A stretch of DNA of 64,000 nt from an uncultured Planctomycetaceae bacterium (GTDB lineage: Bacteria > Planctomycetota > Planctomycetia > Pirellulales > PALSA-1355): positions 1,344,001-1,408,000 of the forward strand of contig CAWAUV010000008.1 of assembly GCA_963785305.1 (NCBI GenBank), given 5' to 3'. The notes beneath the pieces are model-generated. The model had not been told where the DNA came from. It searched no databases and saw only the letters and a list, made by a program, of their open reading frames with translations. The position numbers and the translations under genes are program-made. This document shows positions 9,252-18,651 of this stretch, in pieces. The first letter of the stretch is position 1. Every line of letters starts with the position of its first letter.

Positions 9252-10274
9252 ATGTACCGCCTTGCCGACAATCTGGCCGATCCGCCGCTGCCGCTGCTAG
9301 TGACCGGCGTGGCGGGCGTGCCCGGCTACAATGCGCTGGAGTATTTCAGCGCCCGCTATCCGGGCCGCGTGATCGGCATTCGCCAGAAAGACAACTGGCG
9401 GCTCGTCGGGCCAAACATCGTGGCATGCGACGCCGAGGATCGCGAGGCCCTGGGCCGACTGTTCGCCGAGCACCGCTTCGCCTCGGTGCTCAATGCCGCG
9501 GGAAGCTGCGCGCTAAAGAGCTGCGAACTCGATCCGGCCATGGCTTGGCGAATCAATGTCGAGGGCATCGCCAACTTGCTCGAATTCGTCGCCGAGTATC
9601 GCGCCCGACTCGTGCACCTTTCGGTCGATCTCGTGTTTTCGGGCGAGGGCCGGGGCGGGCTGCTGGAGACCGACGCGGTGTCGCCGGTGACGGTCTATGG
9701 CAAGACAATGGTGGCGGCCGAGGAGGTGATTGCGAGCCGTTTTCCCTCGGGCGCCATGCTGCGTATATCGCTGCCGATGGGCGTGAGCTTCAATGGCCAC
9801 GCCGGCGCGATCGACTGGATCCAATCACGATTCAAGAAGCACAAGCCGGCCACGCTGTTTCTCGACGAAATCCGCACCCCGACCTACACCGATTGCCTGA
9901 ATTGTCTCTATGCCGCCGTGCTGGCGAGCGATCTGGCCGGCCTTTACCACGCGGGGGGACCGCGCCGACTGAGTCTGTTTCAAGTGGCGCAGATCGTGAA
10001 TCGCGTGGGCGGCTACGACCCTCGCCATTTGCAGAGCCGGCGCCGCGCCGAAGCCGGTCCGATGCCGCCGCGGGCGGGCGATGTGTCGATGGACTCGAGC
10101 CGGCTTCGCCAAGCGCTCGGCTTCGAGCCATTTCATCCCTGGCCCTATGACGAGCGGTTCATGCCGACTGATGCCGAGTGGCATTTCGATCGGTCGAGCG
10201 ACTGGCAAGGCTCGCCGGAGATGCTCCAAGCGGTGCTATGCCAGAATCCACTGCGAAGATTGGCGATCCGCTGA
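9252..10274 (+). CDS. dTDP-4-dehydrorhamnose reductase-like extended SDR
   Basis: LVTGVAGVPG, HLSVDLVFSG, YGKTM (the usual YxxxK Lys is Met here), DEIRTPTY. Confidence 0.8.
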   Translation: MYRLADNLADPPLPLLVTGVAGVPGYNALEYFSARYPGRVIGIRQKDNWRLVGPNIVACDAEDREALGRLFAEHRFASVLNAAGSCALKSCELDPAMAWRINVEGIANLLEFVAEYRARLVHLSVDLVFSGEGRGGLLETDAVSPVTVYGKTMVAAEEVIASRFPSGAMLRISLPMGVSFNGHAGAIDWIQSRFKKHKPATLFLDEIRTPTYTDCLNCLYAAVLASDLAGLYHAGGPRRLSLFQVAQIVNRVGGYDPRHLQSRRRAEAGPMPPRAGDVSMDSSRLRQALGFEPFHPWPYDERFMPTDAEWHFDRSSDWQGSPEMLQAVLCQNPLRRLAIR

Positions 10275-10280
10275 TCCAGT

Positions 10281-10305
10281 AGCCTGTTGAAATATTCAAC
10301 AGGCT
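10281..10305. repeat. 25-bp palindrome AGCCTGTTGAA-N3-TTCAACAGGCT
   Basis: Perfect 11-bp arms; related copies at 10933, 29439, 34708 and 62829. Confidence 0.75.
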
Positions 10306-10450
10306 GCGCCGCCGGCATGGGGGGGTGGGGGGGTGGTTGCATTGGCGCCAACGATCTTTTGTAATGAGCCAAGGCGGCCCGCTGCTCCCAGGGGCGGGCC
10401 GCATAAAATAGTGTTTTGCTGGCTTGGATGTGGCTTGGAAATCCAAGTGG

Positions 10451-10466
10451 CGGCGCCGATTTTGCT
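10451..10466 (+). promoter_or_regulatory. Putative sigma54 promoter of the dksA-like gene
   Basis: CGGCGCCGATTTTGCT (GG-N10-GC), ~70 bp upstream of the start. Confidence 0.55.
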
Positions 10467-10534
10467 GTCCGTGGGCGATCCCTTGGTTCTGCCCCCCAAG
10501 TGCATCGAACAGCCCCTTTTGCGTGGAATTGGAG

Positions 10535-10902
10535 ATGATTGCCGTGGATCCGAAAGTGCTCGAAGATTGCAAGCAACAGCTTTATGAACTGCGCGAGCGT
10601 TTGACGACGGAGGTTCACAGCGGCGAGTTGTCGATTTTAGAAGCGGCGCAAACGACCGGCGAGGGCTCGCACCTGCCGACCCATGCGGCGGATCACGATA
10701 GCGGCGCCGTGGAAAGCAATGTGGCGACGACCCAGCAACAGGCCCAAATGCTGCAAGCGGTCGACGCGGTGCTGGCCCGCGTGGCGGCCGGGAACTACGG
10801 CCTATGCGAGTCCTGCGATGGCCGCATCGCGCCCTACGGCTGGAGGCGATTCCTTACACTCCCTACTGCTTCGACTGCGCCACCAAATCCGAGGGCGAGT
10901 AA
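10535..10902 (+). CDS. TraR/DksA C4-type zinc finger protein (apparent frameshift ~10833)
   Basis: PTHAAD..GNYGLCESC, then in the shifted frame RLEAIPYTPYCFDC..TAA. Confidence 0.85.
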
Positions 10903-11301
10903 CGGCGCTGGCGTGGCCCCGCGTGCCCTGGCGGCCGGTTGGATATTTCAACAGATGCTGGAGCTCGGGCGCCGAAGAGGCTTCGCGGCAATCACTTGAG
11001 GCGACCGCGGGAAGAGAGTTCGCTCGCGGCCGGGGCTAGCGGCCTGTTGCTAGCGAACCGCTTTTCGCCCCGCGCGGGCACCTTTGCGGGAATATTTCCG
11101 CGCTCGGGCGACGAATACTGCCCAGGAGCCGGTTCGGCGCGAACCCCCGGGCGGCGAAAAAAACCAAAAATGAGCGGCGCCAACCTCGCCATCGCGGGGT
11201 TTGAAATCGATGGGCGGTGCGCCGCGAGGCCCCGCGCTGCTGGCCCGAGCGGGCGATGCGTGCATTTCGTCGCCGAAGCGTCTATATTGAAGTTTCACCT
11301 T

Positions 11302-11373
11302 CTCTGGCATCGATCCGGATTCAGGCATCCACGCGTGCTCTGGTATCCCATGGTGCTCTGGCATCGAACGGGG
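11302..11373 (+). repeat. Four degenerate 18-bp tandem units in the leader of the DUF1549 gene
   Basis: (C/T)TC(T/A)GG(C/T)ATC cores at 11302, 11320, 11338 and 11356. Confidence 0.65.
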
Positions 11374-11413
11374 CAACCCAGCTCAATTCATTCTCTTGTT
11401 AGGAGTTGGCGGC

Positions 11414-13249
11414 ATGACGTACTCGAGCGCTTCGCTGGACTTGGCGCGTGAACCGCGCCGATTGGTTTCAGGGGTCCTTGCCGCAATGGTGGCTCTCGGC
11501 GCGATCGCGCCGCTCGGGGCCAGTGTTGGACAAGCCGCCGAGAAGTCGAGCAAATCGACGACGACGAAGTCCTCGACGGGAGCATCGGGCGGCGCCTCGA
11601 AGCTCACCGCCGCGCGCAGCGAATCGTCGCGCTCGAAAAGTAAGTTGGGGGCGTCGGCCAATTCCTACAACATTCCGCAGGTCGACTTCATCAATCAGCA
11701 GATTCGCCAGGGCTGGACTTCCCACGAGCTCACGCCGGCCCCTCCGGCTACCGACGGCGAATGGTGCCGCCGCCTGTTTCTCGACGTGATCGGCCGGCTG
11801 CCGACCGTGACCGAGCTCGACAAGTTCTTGGCCGACAAGTCGCCCGACAAGCGAAAGAAACTGGTCGATGACCTTTTGGGCGAGGACTATATCGAGGAGT
11901 ATGCCCGGAACTGGACCACCATTTGGACCAACACCCTGATCGGTCGCACCGGCGGCACCGAGCGCCGCACGATGATCAATCGGGTTGGCATGCAGCAAGC
12001 CCTTCGCAATGGGTTTCAGCGCGATCTGACTTACGACAAGATGGCCTACAACCTGATCTCGGCCGAAGGCGTCGGCAAGCCGGGCGAGAAAGGCTACAAC
12101 GGTTATGTCAACTTCCTGGTCGGCAATCTGGCGGACAATGCGGTCGAGGCCACGGCCCGCACCTCGCAAATCTTCCTCGGTTTGCAAATTCGCTGCACGC
12201 AGTGCCACAACCATCCGTTCAACGAATGGAAGCAGAATCAGTTCTGGGAAATGAACGCCTTCTTCCGTCAGACGAAGGCCAAGAAGCTTTCGGACCGCGA
12301 CGATCGCGGCGAGCTGGTGAATTCGGAACTGCGGAACAAGGATTTCGACGGCGAGGACAATCGGCCGCAAGAGGCCGTGCTCTTCTACGAGCTGCGCAAC
12401 GGCCTGACGAAAGCCGCCTACCCGGTCTTTGTCGATGGCACGAAGCTCTCGAGCGACAGCGGCTACTTGCGCGATGTCGATCGCCGCAAGGAACTCGCCC
12501 GAATGATCGTCAGTTCCGACTACTTCCCCCAGGCGATCGTGAATCGAATGTGGGCCCACTTCATGGGCTATGGCTTCACGAAGCCGATCGACGACATGGG
12601 CCCGCACAATCCGCCCACGCATCCCGAATTGCTCTCGACCCTGGGCGCCGACTTCAAGAAAGCGAGCTTCGATCTCAAGCAATTGATTCGTTGGATCGCG
12701 CTGAGCGAGCCCTATGCGCTTTCGAGCCACTTCAACGATCGCAACAAGGCCGACGATCCCTCGCTCGGCGAAAAGCCGATGTTTAGCCACTTCTACCTGC
12801 GTCAGATGGGCGCCGAGGAGCTTTATCAATCGCTGCTCACCGCCACCGAAGCCGACAAGAGCAAGGGCAACTTCGAGGAGCAAGAGAAGGTCAAGAACGA
12901 ATGGCTCAAGCAGTTCAACACCGCCTTCGGCACCGATGAAGGCGATGAGGCCACGACCTTCAATGGCACCATTCCCCAAGTGCTCATGATGATGAACGGC
13001 GACCTCACGAAGAACGCCGTGGGTATCGATAAGGGCGGCTTCCTCCACAATGTGGCGGTCAACGGTAAACTGAACAACGGCGGCAAGATCGACTACTTGT
13101 TCGAGGCTGGCTTGGCCCGAAAGCCGACCAATAGCGAGATCGCCAAGGCCAACGAACTGCTTACGCTCCGCAACGGCAACGCGCTCGCGGTGCTCCAAGA
13201 TGTCTGGTGGGCGATCTTGAACTCGAACGAGTTCATCCTCAACCACTGA
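11414..13249 (+). CDS. DUF1549/DUF1553 (PSD1) planctomycete protein
   Basis: RRLFLDVIGRLPT, FLGLQIRCTQCHNHP, IVNRMWAHFMGYG, PTHPELL, WAILNSNEFILNH; AGGAG RBS. Confidence 0.92.
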   Translation: MTYSSASLDLAREPRRLVSGVLAAMVALGAIAPLGASVGQAAEKSSKSTTTKSSTGASGGASKLTAARSESSRSKSKLGASANSYNIPQVDFINQQIRQGWTSHELTPAPPATDGEWCRRLFLDVIGRLPTVTELDKFLADKSPDKRKKLVDDLLGEDYIEEYARNWTTIWTNTLIGRTGGTERRTMINRVGMQQALRNGFQRDLTYDKMAYNLISAEGVGKPGEKGYNGYVNFLVGNLADNAVEATARTSQIFLGLQIRCTQCHNHPFNEWKQNQFWEMNAFFRQTKAKKLSDRDDRGELVNSELRNKDFDGEDNRPQEAVLFYELRNGLTKAAYPVFVDGTKLSSDSGYLRDVDRRKELARMIVSSDYFPQAIVNRMWAHFMGYGFTKPIDDMGPHNPPTHPELLSTLGADFKKASFDLKQLIRWIALSEPYALSSHFNDRNKADDPSLGEKPMFSHFYLRQMGAEELYQSLLTATEADKSKGNFEEQEKVKNEWLKQFNTAFGTDEGDEATTFNGTIPQVLMMMNGDLTKNAVGIDKGGFLHNVAVNGKLNNGGKIDYLFEAGLARKPTNSEIAKANELLTLRNGNALAVLQDVWWAILNSNEFILNH

Positions 13250-13280
13250 CGAAGGCTCGCGGCAAACTTCGCGAGCAAGA

Positions 13281-13340
13281 TTTTACCGGGCCTGTTTTTA
13301 CCGGGCCTGTTTTTACCGGGCCTGTTTTTACCGGGCCTGA
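13281..13340. repeat. 15-bp tandem repeat (TTTTACCGGGCCTGT)x4
   Basis: Three perfect copies and a fourth with one mismatch, between convergent genes. Confidence 0.9.
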
Positions 13341-13392
13341 TTTCATCGAGCACGGGCGTCGGCCGAATTCGCGGCGACGCCCGTGCTTTTTT

Positions 13393-14691
13393 TCATGCTT
13401 CGAACTCGCGATACTCGGCCACGCACGGCGCCGCGTAGGCCACCCGCGCCAAGCGCCGCTTGGGCATGAATTGTAGCGAAGCCACCGTCGACCACACGAG
13501 CCCATGCACGCAAGGCGTGTATTCATCGGCCCGGCCCGCGGGACCATGATCGGCGAGCAAGTCGCGCAGCTCATCGGGCCCGAACTGCCCGCCGGCGGCG
13601 AGTAGCTCGGCCAATCGGGCATCGCGCCGCTCGGGCGATTCATGCAAGCGCCGCCCGCGAAGCACCGCCGGGGCGCCGGTGGCGTAGATCGCGTTGGGCG
13701 GAATTTGCACCTCTCGAAGATGCTCGCTCGCGAACGCGTTGGTATGAAAGATATAATCCTCGCCGGGGTTGGGACGCCGCAGATGGCTGCGCGTGTTCGA
13801 TAGTTCGAGCGACGCGATATCGCCCTCGGCGTCGGCGAGCATCAAGAGCGCCCCGCCGGTGCGGCTGCGATTCGAAATCTGGTCGGCCGCTTCCGCCGTG
13901 GTGCGACACCCCGCCAGCGCCTCGGCGATGCGCACCGAGATCGGCGGCGCCGGGCGCGCGGGCCGATCGATCGCGTAGGCATAGTCGTAGGTAATGACGA
14001 GCCCGTGCTCATTGATCCCGTCGAGCGCGCCCACTTGCGGGGCGGTGGTGAAGTCGAGCGAACGCGCGCCGGCCAGCGGTCGGGTCGAACGCAAAATAAA
14101 AAACGGCCGCACTTGCGGAAGGTAATCGAAATTGCGAGCCACCAACGGCTCACCGCCCGGCGAGCGACTTCCACGCACCGCCACGGCCGAACAACCCATC
14201 GGCGCCACCGGAGGCGCTTCCTCGCGCGGCGAGTTTCCACTTCGCCGCGCCGTGCAACCCGACATCGAGGAGAGGATTGGCTCGATCGCGTTGATCATGA
14301 GCAGCGCCGCCGGCCGCAGTCCCGAGCCGCGGCTGATGCCCGCGAGCCGCAGCGCGGCGTCCGGCGACTCGGCCAGCGCGGCGGTCAGGTAGCGGGCAGC
14401 CCGGCGCTCCGCGATGCGCAGAAACATCCAAAACGGCATCCAGCGCGGCTTGCGAGCGAGGAAACTTTCGAGCTCGCCGAGCGAGCCATAGCCCTTGCGA
14501 ATATTCTCGCGGAGCGCCTCGCCCTGGGCCAAACCCATGCTGAACGGGTCGCCCGCGCACACCACGGCGATGCGCGGCGAATGGTCCGAGTCGTTCGAGC
14601 TCATCGCGTTGACCGAGTCGGCCGCCTTAACCGAGTCGCTCGGTGGCGGAGAGCTCGCGGCGTCTTGGCTCGCCGTGCGCGGGCTTGTCAT
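13393..14691 (-). CDS. C45 family autoproteolytic acyltransferase/peptidase (Ntn hydrolase)
   Basis: G-CSAVAV..LVARNFDY, DGINEHGL, HTN motifs; ATGA overlap with the chdC stop. Confidence 0.85.
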   Translation of the reverse strand: MTSPRTASQDAASSPPPSDSVKAADSVNAMSSNDSDHSPRIAVVCAGDPFSMGLAQGEALRENIRKGYGSLGELESFLARKPRWMPFWMFLRIAERRAARYLTAALAESPDAALRLAGISRGSGLRPAALLMINAIEPILSSMSGCTARRSGNSPREEAPPVAPMGCSAVAVRGSRSPGGEPLVARNFDYLPQVRPFFILRSTRPLAGARSLDFTTAPQVGALDGINEHGLVITYDYAYAIDRPARPAPPISVRIAEALAGCRTTAEAADQISNRSRTGGALLMLADAEGDIASLELSNTRSHLRRPNPGEDYIFHTNAFASEHLREVQIPPNAIYATGAPAVLRGRRLHESPERRDARLAELLAAGGQFGPDELRDLLADHGPAGRADEYTPCVHGLVWSTVASLQFMPKRRLARVAYAAPCVAEYREFEA

Positions 14692-15548
14692 CCGTGACCG
14701 TGCTCCGCGGCCGAGCCGATGCGGCAATGCTCGAGCACGGCTTGGGCCGCCGCGACATAGCTGACATAGAACGGCCCGAACTCGGCATAGCGGGCACTCG
14801 CCTCGTCGAACCGCATTTTGTAGACGATCTCCTTGAGGAACTCGGGGTTGCGCGCCCAGAGCGTGACACCCCACTCCCAATCGTCGAATCCGAGGGCGAC
14901 CGTAATGAGCTGCGTCACGCGACCGCCAAACGTCATGCCGGTGCGGCCGTGTTCGGCCATGAGCTTCGAGCGATCGGCGAAGGGCAGCAAAAACCAGTTC
15001 TCGCCGACTTCGCGTTTCTTGTTCATTGGATAAAAACAGGTCGACGGCCAGGGCGGCAAGTCGGGCGTGAGCCGCTGCACGCGCATCATCGTTTCGCGCG
15101 ATTCATAGGCCTTGAGCTTGGCCCGATACGCCGGGCCGGCCGGGTCCTCGCCCTCGGCCACGAGCCGCTCGCCGTATTGCTCGAGCGTCGGCACATATTC
15201 CGAAACTTCGGTGATCGACACGAAGGAATAGGTCGGCTCGAGCGCCGCGCCGAGCGGGCCGGCCATGAGCCGCTGATGCACGGCCGAAATCTTGAGCGGA
15301 TCGGCGTCGAGCAGCGTGAGTCCGAAGTCGGCTTTGTGGCCGCTGACGATCGATGTTTGCAATCGCGCGGGCCCGTGAGTCGCGGCCGGATCGAGAGTCG
15401 CGATGAAGGCTTGCCGCCCTTCGGCGAGCTCGGTGGCCGATAGGTCCTTGAGCGCGGCGCGGTTGAAGCGGTAGTAGAGATGCGAGCAGTGCCAACCTTC
15501 GCTGGGAATGAGCGACACTTCGGCCGATGGGCCGCCATGCTGGGTCAT
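14688..15548 (-). CDS. chdC: Coproheme decarboxylase / chlorite dismutase family protein
   Basis: GHKAD, FYPMNKKR..NW, MAEHGRTG, GFDDWEWGVTL, YKMRFDEASARYAEFGPF. Confidence 0.85.
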   Translation of the reverse strand: MTQHGGPSAEVSLIPSEGWHCSHLYYRFNRAALKDLSATELAEGRQAFIATLDPAATHGPARLQTSIVSGHKADFGLTLLDADPLKISAVHQRLMAGPLGAALEPTYSFVSITEVSEYVPTLEQYGERLVAEGEDPAGPAYRAKLKAYESRETMMRVQRLTPDLPPWPSTCFYPMNKKREVGENWFLLPFADRSKLMAEHGRTGMTFGGRVTQLITVALGFDDWEWGVTLWARNPEFLKEIVYKMRFDEASARYAEFGPFYVSYVAAAQAVLEHCRIGSAAEHGHG

Positions 15549-15717
15549 GCGAGAAGTTCTTTCGTCAAACCAAGACACGTTTTCGGCGTCGGCCGACTTC
15601 CGACCTCTCGCCGCCGAGCCGCAGTCCGGCCCGAGCCGTCAGAGTATCATGCCCGACGCGATTTTGCACGGCCCGCGAGCTGGCTCGTCAGTCGGGTAGC
15701 GGACCTGCGACGCCTGC

Positions 15718-18314
15718 TCAGATCGGCCCCAGGGGTCTTGTGCTGAGGGCTTGCTCGAGCGCTTTTTTCTGCTCCGCCGAGCCGCGGAAACGCTTTGCCG
15801 GGCCAGTGCGCAGGGAGAACATTTGCCGGTAGATGCTCTTGCGGGCATCGTATTTGGGCACGAAGCCGGCCAAGTATTGGAGCCGGAGGTTGCCGTCGCG
15901 ATTGATCTCGGCGTCGGCGAGCCAGGTCCGATAGTCGTCGGCGTCGCCGGCATAGGTGGCCAAGAGGTCGATTTCCGAATCGAAGCCGACCTGTTCGAGA
16001 TAAAACATTTTGAACAGCCGGTCGTCGCCTTGCATTCTTTGGGTCACCGCGCGCATGTCGACCTCGAGCGGCTCGAGCGAGCCGAGCAGCACCACATCGT
16101 AGCCATCGCCGCCCTTGGTGTTGAACCAGACCGTGGCATGGGGAAACACGCGGAAAAAGGTGGCGATCTCGCTCTTCACCGTGTCCACATTGCTCTCATA
16201 GAGCGGAACCCACTGGGTGACCAGTCCGCCCGGATTCAGATGCTCGCGCACTTGCTGGAAGTATTCCTCGGTGTAGAGCGTGGCGGCGCCTTTCACATAG
16301 GGATGGATCGGGTCGGAGGTGATGATGTCGAACTTTTCGCGCGTCGTGAGCACATAGTGCCGCGCGTCGTCGTACACGACTTCCACATGTGGGTCATGGA
16401 GCACATCGAGATTGAAATCGGAAAACAACGGTCCGACGAACTTCGGGATCAGCGGTTCGATCTCGCAGATCACGAGTCGATCGACACTGAGATAAGGCAA
16501 GAACGAACCGGCCGTCACGCCGGCGCCAAAGCCCACGACCAGCACCGAACGCGGCTCGGGATGCAAGATCGCGGGGATATTGGCGAGCATGCGCTCGAGT
16601 CGCATATCGGCCAGATTGCTCGAAGCCTCGGTCTTGCCGGCCACGTGAAACTGAATCACATCGCGCAGCCGCGAGACGGCGATCGAGGAGTTCGTGCCCT
16701 CGCCGCGATAGATCTCCTCGACGCCCATGCCGCGCGTGATATGCGCCTCGCGCCCATAGGCGATCAATTCGAACGGAACCGGCTCGATCCGGCGGCCCAG
16801 CCAAAATAGGCCCCCGAGCGCCGCGGCAAGCAGACCGATGGCCGCGCCGGAGCCCATGACGCGCGGCCAGTTAAACCCCCGCGCGGACCATCGCCACAAT
16901 CCAGGCGCCAGGGCCGCGAGCGCTCCGAGTCCGGAGAGAGCGATCAAGATTTGTTCGGTATGTTGTGTTCCCATCCAAGGAATCAGCACGAGGCTCGTGG
17001 CGAGCGCGCCCGCGATGGCGCCGATCGTGTTGGCGGCATACACACCGCCGATCAATCGCCCGCCATCGACCGCGGGCCCTTCGACTGGCGAGGTTCCGTC
17101 GACCGCCGAGGGGCCTCGGCGACAAGCGTCGGCGCGGCGCGCGGCAATGGCGGCGATCGCCAGCGGAAAACTGGCGCCCCACAGAATCGCGGCCGGCAGT
17201 ATCGCTCCCGCGGCGCGGGCCAAGTCGAGCGAAAAGGTCGCCCAGGGATTCTCGACCGGACCGGGCGCCGCCGGAAACCAGGCAAACGCGGTCGCAAGCG
17301 AAGAGACGGTCCAAAAAATCGTCGGCCCGAGCAAAAGCTGACACATGCCGAGGGCCAATGCCGGTCGCCGCATCAGCCGAGCCACCACCGCGCCGATGCT
17401 TCCGCCCAGCCCAATGCCGCCGAGAAACACCGCGAGGATGATCGAGAATGTGTAGGTCGTGCCCCCGAAGGTGAGCGAAAACAGCCGCGTCCACACCACT
17501 TCGGCCGCCAGAGCGCTCGCGCCGGAAAAGGCGGTCGCCAGATAGAGCGGCCACGCGGGAACGGCGGCGCAGGCCCCGCGGCGAAGACGGCGCCATCGAA
17601 GACAATCTCTCGCTCATGAGCGGGGCCCCATCGGGCTCGGCGCCGCGCATGCGCGGCGGCAATGTCTTGGCAAGCAAGAATGCAGCGGTCGCAATCGCGA
17701 AGTTGATCGCCGCCGCGACAAAGGTGGCGGTGGCCAAATCGTATACCCGGAGCAGATAGAATCCGGCGAGGAGGCAACCGGCGACGGCGCCAAGCGTGTT
17801 GCCGCCATAGAAGAATCCCAGCCAGGAAACGCCGCGCAGCGTCGCGCCGACCCAGCGGGCAATGGCCGGCAATGTGGCGCCCATGAGCATGGCCGGCGGC
17901 GCTAGGCATACCGCGCACACGCGCCGCGCACAGCGCAATCTCATGCGGCCCGTGTCCGGCGATGTGGATGTATCCGCGGCCCAACCATGGCACGCCGTGG
18001 AGCACGGCGATCGCCGCCGCGCCGATCCCGCATTCGAGCAGGGCATATACTCGCAGGGGATGTCGCTCGCTGGCGACGAGGCGCGGCAGGAGCAAGCTCC
18101 CCAGACACATGCCGCCCATGAAAGCGCCGAGCAGCAGCCCGAGCGAGAGCGCCGTCGAGCCGATCACGAGTTGCAACATTTGAAACCAAACGATTTCGTC
18201 GATCAGCGCCGCCGCGCCGCTGGCGACAAACAGCAAGAGCACGATGGGCGTCGCCCAGCGGGGAGGATTGCGCAACATGGGAACGGGCCGGGGCAAGGCT
18301 TGCGAATCGCTCAT
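15718..18314 (-). CDS. Fused MFS-like membrane domain / spermidine synthase family protein (frameshifts ~17930, ~17570)
   Basis: SGAAALIDEIVW, YGGNTLGA, VLVVGFGAGVT, CEIEP, DDARHY, FDIITSDP. Confidence 0.85.
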
Positions 18315-18404
18315 CCGAATCGTTTCCTGATGGCAGGCTTGCGGGCAGCGGCGTATTTCCAATCACAACCCGAAACGTAAGTGAGGGCGGATAAAGCGAT
18401 TTAC

Positions 18405-18483
18405 AGCCTATCCGAAAACTTCGTCGAGCCCTTGCCCTGCCCGCTCCCCAACAGAGAGCGGGGAGAATGGCCGGATAGGCTCT
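18405..18483. repeat. MITE-like element with AGCCTATCCG..CGGATAGGCT terminal inverted repeats
   Basis: 10-bp perfect TIR and internal hairpin; adjacent second REP type ATCACAACCCGAAACGTAAGTGAGG at 18362. Confidence 0.75.
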
Positions 18484-18651
18484 TAACGCCGGCTACGTGA
18501 AACTGGCGATCGAAACCGCTTCCGGCGCCGCTGGCCGGATAGGAAACTATACGCCATCGCACGGCGCCGGACCGAGCGAATTCGCCGGTTTTGTGGGGTC
18601 ATTCCCGTGGAATGTCGCTGGAAATCCCCGGCCCGGCGTGATGACCGCATT

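Noticed and set aside
13281..13340. CRISPR array (also considered for 11302, 39047, 58070)
   Set aside because: Units of 15-19 bp are contiguous or have spacers of 8 bp or less; no cas genes
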